Shown here piece by piece: positions 23,919 through 32,723 of a stretch of DNA of 64,000 bases (its first letter is position 1; the number at the start of each line of letters is the position of its first letter). The notes beneath the pieces are model-generated. The model saw nothing but the letters and a program-made list of their open reading frames with translations. It did no database searches and was not told the origin of the DNA. The position numbers and the translations under genes are program-made. The stretch lies in IMG/VR virus record IMGVR_UViG_3300037307_000721. One strand, 5' to 3'. The stretch comes from a virus.

Positions 23919-26117
23919 CTACGGCAGGCTCCAAGCCGTGCCGCGCGCGCTCCAGTTGAGCAGCGCCACGGACTTGCTGCTGGCGCCGGCGTTGACGATG
24001 TGCGCATAGAGCCGGAAGCCGTCCGAGTGTGACTTGCCCGACGCCGGGGCCCAGGTCTGCCAGCTCCCGCTCTTCCACCAGTACAGATTGGTGTCGCCGT
24101 CCCAGTAGATGTAGAAGGTGGACGTGGAGCCGGTTGTGACGGCAATGCCCGTATTGAGCTCGGCGTGCCCGGCCGCCTTGTCCGAGATGACGATGTGCCA
24201 GTTGGCGCCCAACGAGGGCGTGAACGAGATGCCGATGAAGTCGTCGAAGCCTGGCTGGAAGCTTGGCAGCAGGGAGTCTGCCTCGCCAGTGACGCCCACG
24301 AAGAGGGTCGTGTCGGTGAGATTGTACGGGATGACCGAAACCATGAGCATCAGCGGCTCAAGCGGTCCGATGTTGCCCGGTCCGCCGAGGTACGCGGTGT
24401 CGCCGTAGACGCCGCCCGTGAGCAGCACGAGGCCTTCGAAGGGGTACTTGGATCTGTAGATCTGCGCTCCGGAGCCGACGTAGGCCTGGTTCGGGATGCC
24501 GCCGGTGGTGAGCAGGTTTGCGTTGCGGCGGAAGCCCTGGAAGTTGTCGCTGAAACCTCTCTCCCAGACGACTCCGAACGCATCGAGGCGCTGGACTTCG
24601 ACGCCGTAGCCTCCGTTCCTCTGGCCTGTCAGTGTCCACAGCTCGCGGTTGGGGGTCTCGAGTTTGGACCCGTCCAGCTCGAATGGCTTGTGCCAACCCG
24701 CGTACATCGCCGGCTGGAAGGACGCGCCGTTCTTCAACGTCAGGTACCCATCGTTGGCCATGTTGGCGCACCCGGTCGGGTACGTGGCGCTGATCCCCCA
24801 GATCTGAATCCCGGCGACATCCACCGTGACCGGAGGCGTGACTGTACCCCCGCCACCAACTGCCAGGCTGTTTTTCGCCAGCGTGTTGAAAGAGTTGACG
24901 TCTCCGCCGTGGATCTCGCCCCAGCGCAGGGAGGCGCTGCCCAGGTCGTAGAACATATCCGTGCCGGGCATGAGGTTGCTTTTCAGCGCCCCCTTGGCCT
25001 TGAAGTCGCGCAGGTATGCGTCCCACGAGTACGAGTCGTCGCCGAGCGCCGTGCCGTCCGTGGCAGGCTTCAATGCTCCGCCGATGCCGCTATCGCCCCC
25101 GCGGAAGATGCGTCCATTGAGCGCCGTCAGGATGGCCGTCAGCTGGGACTCCAGCGTGCCTGCGCTGAGGGAAAGCGCCGCCATGGCTGGTATGGCCAGC
25201 GAGCCGGTCTGCGCCTTGGCCCCGATGCGTTTGGCGCCAGCGACTTCGGTGGTGGGCGTCAGGTCGTCGATGATGCCGTCGATCCCCGCCTGCACCGTGG
25301 TCGCGGCTCCCGCGAAGCCACCGGTGCCGTCCGCCCACAGCTTGCCGCCCGAGTAGGTCAGGTCGGCCGCCGGGTGCTGGTCCGCGGTCCCACCCACGTG
25401 GTCGTTGTAGAGTTGCAACATGCTCTTGAGCACGTCGCGGACGGTCTCGCCGGTGATCTGCTTCCCGGGCGAGCCGGAGGCTGTCACGTTGAAGAAGATC
25501 TCGCGCCGTGTGGAGCTGTGCGAGACGTAGGTCACGACACCGCCGACGTTCTTGATCCGAACGTCGGTCACCAGGAGCTTGCCGTCCTGGCGAGCCGGCT
25601 TGTCCGAGTCGAGCAGGTTGCCGATGGTCTTCTCGGCGCCCATGCTGACCTCGTAGTGGAAGGACTCCGTGCGATTGAAGTACACGAGCACGTTGTAGCC
25701 GTCGTAGCGCGGGTCGGAGAGCAAGCGGTCGTAGACGATGAAGATGGTGACCCAGCGCTCGTACCCGTCGCTCGGACTCGTGCTGGTACCTCCGGTGGGC
25801 GTGCCACCGGCGCCGACGGAGGTGGAACCCGTGGCTGACGGCGTGACGATGAGGTAGCCCGCGCCGGCGCCCTGGGCGACGCGGCGCCCTTCGCCGTCGT
25901 AGCCAGCGCCGTTGTCAACCTTCATGTCGAGTCCGGACAGGTGGCTGGCTGCCAGACCCCAGAAGATGCCGCCGAACTCCGCCTCGTTGCTGTCGTCCCG
26001 GCACAGGCCGGTGTCGGAGATGATGGCCCGATCCGCCACCTCGAGCGCGTCGAAAGCGTTATCGAGCTCGTCCTCGAGGACCAGCTGCTCGTAGTACCAA
26101 TCGTAGCGAGTCGCCAT
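23919..26117 (-). CDS. Tail fibre protein
   Basis: N-terminal YDWYYEQLVLEDELDNAF...DRLLSDPRYDG anchor (recalled from myxobacterial prophage fibres); beta-rich C-terminus. Confidence 0.8.
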   Translation of the reverse strand: MATRYDWYYEQLVLEDELDNAFDALEVADRAIISDTGLCRDDSNEAEFGGIFWGLAASHLSGLDMKVDNGAGYDGEGRRVAQGAGAGYLIVTPSATGSTSVGAGGTPTGGTSTSPSDGYERWVTIFIVYDRLLSDPRYDGYNVLVYFNRTESFHYEVSMGAEKTIGNLLDSDKPARQDGKLLVTDVRIKNVGGVVTYVSHSSTRREIFFNVTASGSPGKQITGETVRDVLKSMLQLYNDHVGGTADQHPAADLTYSGGKLWADGTGGFAGAATTVQAGIDGIIDDLTPTTEVAGAKRIGAKAQTGSLAIPAMAALSLSAGTLESQLTAILTALNGRIFRGGDSGIGGALKPATDGTALGDDSYSWDAYLRDFKAKGALKSNLMPGTDMFYDLGSASLRWGEIHGGDVNSFNTLAKNSLAVGGGGTVTPPVTVDVAGIQIWGISATYPTGCANMANDGYLTLKNGASFQPAMYAGWHKPFELDGSKLETPNRELWTLTGQRNGGYGVEVQRLDAFGVVWERGFSDNFQGFRRNANLLTTGGIPNQAYVGSGAQIYRSKYPFEGLVLLTGGVYGDTAYLGGPGNIGPLEPLMLMVSVIPYNLTDTTLFVGVTGEADSLLPSFQPGFDDFIGISFTPSLGANWHIVISDKAAGHAELNTGIAVTTGSTSTFYIYWDGDTNLYWWKSGSWQTWAPASGKSHSDGFRLYAHIVNAGASSKSVALLNWSARGTAWSLP

Positions 26118-26126
26118 CTGTAGCTC

Positions 26127-29100
26127 CTATGACACCAGCCGGAATCCGATGAAGTGAGTGTGCGCCGGCCGCATGAATTCGACAATCTGCGTGATGACGT
26201 CCTGCTCGCTCGTGCTCAGGCTCGCCGTGTGGTCGAGGTAGAACGAGTAGCGGACGAACGAGCGAGACGGTCCGATGTACGTGTCCATGCCGAGATAGGA
26301 CCGTCCGAGCTTCCAGGTGTCCGCAGGGATCTCCCAGGGCGTCACGGTCACGCTCTTGGTGGTGAAGAATTCGACCGCGTCCTCGATGCCCTTGGCCGTG
26401 CCGCGCTTCTTGTACATCGGAACCAGGAGCGGGATGAGGTCGCGCTTCTTCTGCACCGTGAGCCCGGCCACGAAGGCGAGCGGATTGCCCAGGTGCTTGA
26501 GTAGCACGTCCACCACGGTCTCTGGCGTGGACACCGGGTCGAGGATGAGTCCGAAGCGATCCACATCGGCGAGCATCACCGTGGACGCCTCGTCGAAGCA
26601 GCGGATGAACTTCTCCAGGTCGCGCGACGAGTCGGCGTCGCGGTTCACCAGCGGCAGCATCTCCCACAGGTCCCATTGGCGCCCGGGGAACGTGGCTGGC
26701 ACCCAGGACGTGAACGGGTACGTGGAGCTGATCTCGTTGCCTCGCTCGTCCTGCACCTTCACGATCTCGAACAGGTAGTTTGCCGAGGGCGTGAGGTCGT
26801 CGTCGAACTTCACGATGAGGAATCGCTTGTCGTTCTCGTACGGAGGAATCGTGAGCGGGTCGGCCTCTTCTGCCGAGACCACGATGGGGCAGAAGATGGG
26901 CTTGATGGTCGGCAGGCTCGGAGCGACGCCGGTGATGCGGAACGGGCTGACGACCAGCGTGGGCTGGATCTCGGTCTGCGGGTCCGCGGGGCTCTCGTCC
27001 ACCAGCGTGCTGTCCACGCGGACCAGGCTGTTGGAGATTCGCTCGAGGATGACAAAGGCGCCGTTGTTGAGCGCGTTGCGCGCGCCCCGCGAGCCGATGA
27101 ACATGCCCACCTCGTCGCGGACGAAGCTCGCGACCGGGGCCTCGATGACGTTGTCCTTCCAGATCGGCGAGGACTCGGTGCCGATGTTGTAGCGCCGGTA
27201 GTAGGCCACGCGGCCCGACACATCGCGCGTGTAGAGCACAGAGGTCGGACTCGTGTCGTCCTGCTCCATGGGCTCGGAGAACTCGAGTCGCAGCGTCTTG
27301 GGCGCCCAGGGGATGATCTCCTCGACGTGCGGCCGCAGGTAGTCCTCGACGAAGAACTCGTGCTTGGCCTCCGTCTCGATGGCTCCGCTCTGGCGAGTGG
27401 CGACGATGCGACAGCGCATTCGCGCGTCGGACACGAAGTCGGTCGTGTGCTCGAGCAGGACCTGCCACACATCCGGGTTCGGCGCTCCTGGGGAGGCGAT
27501 GATGGACTGCGTGACCGACCAGCCAGTTGCCAGGTACGAGGTCACGCCGTTGAAGGCCTGGAAGATCAGCGTCTCGACGCCCTGGAGCCAGAGGTAGACG
27601 AAGAGGTCCGAGAAGTCGGGGTCGTCGGCACTGCTGATGACGTGGAACTCAATGGGCTGGAGGCGCTCGGCCTCGTCGTAGTTGGTGGAAGCCAGCGCCG
27701 TGGAGAAGCCCAGCGCGGTCAGCGTGTCCGAGTGCACTCGGATGTCGGGTGCGGCGAACTGGGTCAGCCCTCCGTCGGACACGTTGACGGGCTCCAGCCT
27801 GACCTGCCGCCCGTCGATCGTGATGCGAGCGTGCAGGTACGCGAAGCCTTCGGCGTTGATCAGGTCCACGAGCTCCTGCGCGGACACGTTGTTCATGTCC
27901 GGGAAGTCGCCCGCTTCGAACTCGATCTCGTAGACTGTGTCCTCGTAGATCCCGCCCCACCAGTCCCCCATGAAGTTCGCTGGGCCTTCGTCGGCGGCCG
28001 GCTCCTGGCCGACCAACACGTCCTGCGGCCCGATGTAGGACTCGATGGTGTAGTCGCGGTTGTTGGCGCCGTTCGTGCAGCCCGGGATGCGAAGCGTGCG
28101 GCCTTCGTCGGCGCTGGTGAATGCGCCATTCTCCAGGTGCACGATCCGGGTGGCCTTCGTGATCGTGTCGTTGCTGGTGCCGGTGATGATTCGCTGCGGA
28201 ACGAGCGAGACCTCGACCTTCAATAGGGAGCCAACCGGGATGTGGAACGGCTGCTGGGCCGATTCGACACCGCCAGGCACCGACGGCGCGGGCGTGCGGT
28301 TGCAGATGTAGGGGTCCGGATCGGTGCCGCCAACGGCGGGGATCTCGACTCGGTCGATGTACATTGCGCCGAGCGGACAGCGAACCTCCACCTCCTGCTC
28401 GGCGGTGTAGAAGATGTAGCTCGTGTCGAGCACGCCCGGAGGCGACGATAGGTCCTCGGCGTAGACCTCGATCTCCACCGGCGACCAGTCGGGCAGGATG
28501 CCGAGTGGGTCGATGACGTAGCGGAACCCGTCGGAGAGGACGGTCCGCGTGACGTTGAACGGGCCCTGCTCGGTGTCGTACTGCCAGCAGGTGATGCCGA
28601 GCACCTTGAGGATGACGGAGTTCGCATTCACCCCGTTGCCCGAGTCCTTGATCTCGAGCACGATCGAAGTGCTGGGCGAGACGTCGGTCTGGCCGGGGTA
28701 CGGGTTCTGGTTCCAGACGTAGGGCGGGGTGACCAGCGTGTGGAAGGCCCAGCTGTCCGACAGCGTGTTCTGGATCGTGGCCTGGTCCTTGACCACGTAG
28801 CCGACAGTGACGTCGACGCCCTCCGGGAACTTGGCGTCCCGGTTGAAGGTGTACTTGTAGGCGTAGGGTGCGCCCGGCGGGTCGACAACCTCGACCCCGC
28901 CGGTCCATCCGGGCTGGATGGACTCACCTGACCAGACGAGCTCGCCGTAGATGGTGATCTCGACGGAGCTCAGGTCGATGCCCGTGTAGTCGTCGCGGAA
29001 GTCGAACCAGATCGTGGGCTCGATCGGTATGTTGATCTGCGCCGGGTGCGGATAGGAGTCGTCCAGGTACGGGGGATCGACGTCCGGGAGGAAGCCCTCC

Positions 29101-29537
29101 TCGGTGACGTACTGGATGCCGCTGGGCGTGCCGAAGTAGGAGTACATCACCGTCTGGCTCGTCTGGTAGCCAGGCGAGACGCCCGTGAAGTACTCGAGGT
29201 TGGTCCCGATCAGAACACCGTAGGACGACCGGACTCGCTGGAGAATCTCGAGTGCGTAGGTCAGCGACTCCTGCTGCGACGTGGTCAGGTCTACTTGCGT
29301 CGCGGAGACGATGTCGACGCGAAGCACGGCCAGCGTGACGGCGCCCGAGGTGATGACGTAGTTCGCCGTGTCGCCGAGCTCGGTGTCGACCAGCATGTCC
29401 CGGTCGAAGGTGACTCGCACCTTGCCGGAATCCAGGGCGAGAACGGAGAGGACAGTCGGCGCCCCACTACCGTCTCCGGAGCCGATGTCTTCTGCGTTCA
29501 CGCCCCAGCCGAAGCCGGAGTAGATCTTGAGGGCCAT
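26127..29537 (-). CDS. Baseplate wedge / tail protein with Ig-like repeats and P2 gpI-like C-terminus
   Basis: Repeated PP.L....P.P.Q..V Ig-like modules; C-terminal LKHLG...MYKKRGTAKGIEDAV. Confidence 0.75.
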   Translation of the reverse strand: MALKIYSGFGWGVNAEDIGSGDGSGAPTVLSVLALDSGKVRVTFDRDMLVDTELGDTANYVITSGAVTLAVLRVDIVSATQVDLTTSQQESLTYALEILQRVRSSYGVLIGTNLEYFTGVSPGYQTSQTVMYSYFGTPSGIQYVTEEGFLPDVDPPYLDDSYPHPAQINIPIEPTIWFDFRDDYTGIDLSSVEITIYGELVWSGESIQPGWTGGVEVVDPPGAPYAYKYTFNRDAKFPEGVDVTVGYVVKDQATIQNTLSDSWAFHTLVTPPYVWNQNPYPGQTDVSPSTSIVLEIKDSGNGVNANSVILKVLGITCWQYDTEQGPFNVTRTVLSDGFRYVIDPLGILPDWSPVEIEVYAEDLSSPPGVLDTSYIFYTAEQEVEVRCPLGAMYIDRVEIPAVGGTDPDPYICNRTPAPSVPGGVESAQQPFHIPVGSLLKVEVSLVPQRIITGTSNDTITKATRIVHLENGAFTSADEGRTLRIPGCTNGANNRDYTIESYIGPQDVLVGQEPAADEGPANFMGDWWGGIYEDTVYEIEFEAGDFPDMNNVSAQELVDLINAEGFAYLHARITIDGRQVRLEPVNVSDGGLTQFAAPDIRVHSDTLTALGFSTALASTNYDEAERLQPIEFHVISSADDPDFSDLFVYLWLQGVETLIFQAFNGVTSYLATGWSVTQSIIASPGAPNPDVWQVLLEHTTDFVSDARMRCRIVATRQSGAIETEAKHEFFVEDYLRPHVEEIIPWAPKTLRLEFSEPMEQDDTSPTSVLYTRDVSGRVAYYRRYNIGTESSPIWKDNVIEAPVASFVRDEVGMFIGSRGARNALNNGAFVILERISNSLVRVDSTLVDESPADPQTEIQPTLVVSPFRITGVAPSLPTIKPIFCPIVVSAEEADPLTIPPYENDKRFLIVKFDDDLTPSANYLFEIVKVQDERGNEISSTYPFTSWVPATFPGRQWDLWEMLPLVNRDADSSRDLEKFIRCFDEASTVMLADVDRFGLILDPVSTPETVVDVLLKHLGNPLAFVAGLTVQKKRDLIPLLVPMYKKRGTAKGIEDAVEFFTTKSVTVTPWEIPADTWKLGRSYLGMDTYIGPSRSFVRYSFYLDHTASLSTSEQDVITQIVEFMRPAHTHFIGFRLVS

Positions 29538-29538
29538 G

Positions 29539-32500
29539 TCAGAGCACCATTGCCAGGCTTTCGGTGCCGAGCTTCAACGGCGCGCGGCCGTAGATCGTCC
29601 CGATGGTGTTGTCGATGAGCAGCACTTGCCCAGAGGCACCGAGCCGCACGGCGAGCACGTCCACTGCGGTGATGCCGTCCACGCCCGTGCCGACTGCCAG
29701 CACCCCGACCGTGTCGTACGGTAGGTTCTCCCAGGTCGCCCCGGAGCCGACGGGTCCGTAGACCTTCGTGATCGTGCCGGTGCCCGGGTCGATGGAGTAC
29801 ACGCTGTCTTCCCGCGCGAACAGGCACAAGCCACTCGGTCGTCTCGCGAACGGGATCTGCGCCAGGTGCGACGGGAACGCTGGAAGTGCCCAGGCGTGGT
29901 CGGCGGTCCAGCTGCCGCCGCCAACCGTCACGCCGGCCTTCCACGTGGCCTCGTGGGCCACGTAGAGGTAGCTCCCATCCGAGTAGAGCAGGTCCTTGGT
30001 GTCCTCGTCGAAGGCGAGCCACAGTATGGGCACCGTCTCGGTGGACACGCCGCGCTTCGGCATGGTGCGCGCCTTGCCGACGTCCGGGCTGTCAAGCCAC
30101 CAGCGCCGCCACTGGTACGCCGAGACCCCACCGTGCGTGGCGACCGCCCAGAACTGCTCGTCGCCGTCGAACAGGATGCCGGAGAAGTAGGAGCGGTACG
30201 TCTGCTGCTGCCAGCGCGTGTGGTCTCCGATGTAGCCGTTTGCCTGGTGCCGGTGGTAGATGTTGCCCAGCGACCAGTCGCGAGGCCAGGACTCGTCTGT
30301 CGAATCCGGGCGCTTGTAGCCACCGGTGATGCTGCTTGCGTCCATGCGATGGATCTGAATCCAGTCCATCGTGAAGTCGACCATGACGTTCCAGCCCTCG
30401 TCGCTCTGACTGGGGTCTGTGCCGGCCGAAATGATGAGCACGCCGTCCTTCATGAAGGCCGAGCGCGGCTCCGCGTGGTTCGGGCTGCCGATGCCGAGCA
30501 GAGCGTAGTTCGAGGCTACGAGGAAGCTCATCCAGAGCTTGTTGCTGGCCGCGTCGATGATGTCGACGGAGCTCTTGGTGCAAGCGATGAGCGCTGTCTC
30601 GGGGAAGTCCGAGCGGCTGCCTCGATAGCTCCCCGCCGCCTCGACTGCCCAACCCGGACGGTTGGAGAACGAGCCCTCGGTGATGGTCAAGTTCGTGAAC
30701 GTGCAGGTCGAGCTGATCACGTCGTTGTTGAACCAGTGCCCGAGCGTCACCCACATGCGCCGCGACCCATAGGTCATGGTGTAGTTGCCGCCGATTTGGG
30801 CCCAGGCTGAGCCGGTCCAGTACCACGCGGATACCGTGGAACCGACGCGCTTCAAACGCAGCTTCCCGGATGCTCCGGTGTACGCCACGCTGGCGTAGCT
30901 CACATAGCTTCCGTTGTTCTTGACGTCCTTGTCGATCAACTGCGTTCCAGCGCATTTGCGTCGGATGTAGACGTAGTTGTCGTTGTCGAGGTAGAGCTCC
31001 ATGAAGTAGCCGCCGTCGGTGACCGCTCCGGTCGGATTGACCAGGTTCATGAAGTCGACGTCGATGGTGAAGTCTCCGTCAAGATACCAGCGCTGGTTGG
31101 AACCGGTTCGCTGCCAGGCCCCGCCCGCCGTTGCGGCGATGTTGAACCTGAGCTGATTCGTCGATGGGAAGTCGATCGTGCATCCGGCTGTCGGGTAACC
31201 GGAGTTGAGCTTGTCGTTGAACCAGCCGAAGCAGCGCTGGTTGAGCCCGTTCGTCGGATCGCCGAGCGAACCTCCGGTGTAGGAGGGTGGCCCGCACTCC
31301 TCGCCATCCCAGTAGTACTTGCCGTTGCGCCCCGCGCCGAAGTGGCCACTTCCGTGCGCGTGCCACGGGTCCTCGGAGGCCTTGTAGAGGAAGAGTGCGC
31401 GCACATCGGGGCCGTTGAAGGGGTACCGACCCTCGATGTCCTGCACGCCCTGCTTGAGGGTGGCCGGTGGGTCCAGGAGCTGGTTTAGCCCGTCGTAGGC
31501 GCCCGCAAGAGCGTGCACGCTGCCCGCGACGTAGAGCGAGCCGCCGGCGGCCGGGTCCACGAGCGGATCGTCGAGCCAGAGGTAGTATTGATACGGCCGT
31601 CCGGAGTAGGTCTGCAGTGGGAAGTGCAGCCTGTTCGGCCCGCCGATGACCACATCGTCAGCGATGCCCACGCGACGGTGCGAGGGCGGAAGCAGGCCCT
31701 CATCGCTCCACACGTTCAACGTGCCGCCTGCAGCCGAGCTGACAGCGGGACTGCCCTCCAGCCACAGCTGGTGATAGGGCATCGGGCTCACGTTCTGCGC
31801 GGGATGCGGATTCAGCACGTTGAGCGAGCTGTGCCCGGAGTCCTCCCAGGTGGCTGGCGCCGACGGAGACCTGTTCTGGGTGATCAGCCCGACACCGCCC
31901 ATCGTGGGCTCGCCGGAGCCGCCTGCCAGGTATGGACTGCGGTCGCCACCCATCGGGTAGCGGATCTGGTCGGCCACGCCGGCCGTCTTCACCGTGGTGA
32001 ACCTGGGCGCCTGGTTCTCCCAGATCTGGAGATAGTCGAATGAGGCTGAGAACGAGGGCCACGCGGTCCAGTTTCGCACGAACACGCCGACGTCCCGGAT
32101 GTCCATCGGGAGCGCGGCCGAGTAGTGGTAGGTCCAGGCCGAGCCATCGTTCACCGAGACGTAGACGGCGAACGAGAAGTAGGGGAGTCGCCTGTTGTCG
32201 AGCGGGATGGTCGCTGGCTGGCCGGAGGCGTCCGTGTTCCAGTAGATCCGGTAGCGGTGTGGGCTCGTCACCGGCCCGGTGTAGGTCGCGCTCGAGGTGT
32301 AGAGGCCCGAGCCGATGTCGCCGATCACCTGCTGCACGTACATCTTGGAGTCGGCCGGGTACCAACCGACCCAGAGCAGGTTGTCGAGATCGTAGCTCAG
32401 GAGCAGGCCGCCCAGGAAGCAGGTGTTGGCGCTGTAGGTGAACGCGGTGACTCTGGACTCGGCGTAGTAGAATCCACCGAGGCGCACGCCGCTCGGATCG

Positions 32501-32712
32501 CGCCCGGCGTCCGCGCCGAGCTCGTTTCGGTTGGACTGCCGCGCGATGGGGGCACGGTTCCAATAGGTCCACAGGTCACAGTAGGCGCCGGCAAGGGCAG
32601 AGATGATCAGCGACCCGCCGGACTCGACGATGCTCCCGCCGCCGACGGAATCCTTGCGCCCCGGCGTCGTGCCGTCGAAGTTGTCCGCGAATATGCGCTT
32701 GAACTCTGCCAC
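29539..32712 (-). CDS. Large tail-associated protein with ConA-like lectin domains
   Basis: Two ConA-like segments (e.g. KLRLKRVGSTVSAWYWTGSAW); paralogous to the next gene. Confidence 0.65.
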   Translation of the reverse strand: MAEFKRIFADNFDGTTPGRKDSVGGGSIVESGGSLIISALAGAYCDLWTYWNRAPIARQSNRNELGADAGRDPSGVRLGGFYYAESRVTAFTYSANTCFLGGLLLSYDLDNLLWVGWYPADSKMYVQQVIGDIGSGLYTSSATYTGPVTSPHRYRIYWNTDASGQPATIPLDNRRLPYFSFAVYVSVNDGSAWTYHYSAALPMDIRDVGVFVRNWTAWPSFSASFDYLQIWENQAPRFTTVKTAGVADQIRYPMGGDRSPYLAGGSGEPTMGGVGLITQNRSPSAPATWEDSGHSSLNVLNPHPAQNVSPMPYHQLWLEGSPAVSSAAGGTLNVWSDEGLLPPSHRRVGIADDVVIGGPNRLHFPLQTYSGRPYQYYLWLDDPLVDPAAGGSLYVAGSVHALAGAYDGLNQLLDPPATLKQGVQDIEGRYPFNGPDVRALFLYKASEDPWHAHGSGHFGAGRNGKYYWDGEECGPPSYTGGSLGDPTNGLNQRCFGWFNDKLNSGYPTAGCTIDFPSTNQLRFNIAATAGGAWQRTGSNQRWYLDGDFTIDVDFMNLVNPTGAVTDGGYFMELYLDNDNYVYIRRKCAGTQLIDKDVKNNGSYVSYASVAYTGASGKLRLKRVGSTVSAWYWTGSAWAQIGGNYTMTYGSRRMWVTLGHWFNNDVISSTCTFTNLTITEGSFSNRPGWAVEAAGSYRGSRSDFPETALIACTKSSVDIIDAASNKLWMSFLVASNYALLGIGSPNHAEPRSAFMKDGVLIISAGTDPSQSDEGWNVMVDFTMDWIQIHRMDASSITGGYKRPDSTDESWPRDWSLGNIYHRHQANGYIGDHTRWQQQTYRSYFSGILFDGDEQFWAVATHGGVSAYQWRRWWLDSPDVGKARTMPKRGVSTETVPILWLAFDEDTKDLLYSDGSYLYVAHEATWKAGVTVGGGSWTADHAWALPAFPSHLAQIPFARRPSGLCLFAREDSVYSIDPGTGTITKVYGPVGSGATWENLPYDTVGVLAVGTGVDGITAVDVLAVRLGASGQVLLIDNTIGTIYGRAPLKLGTESLAMVL

Positions 32713-32723
32713 CTGGTTCTCTC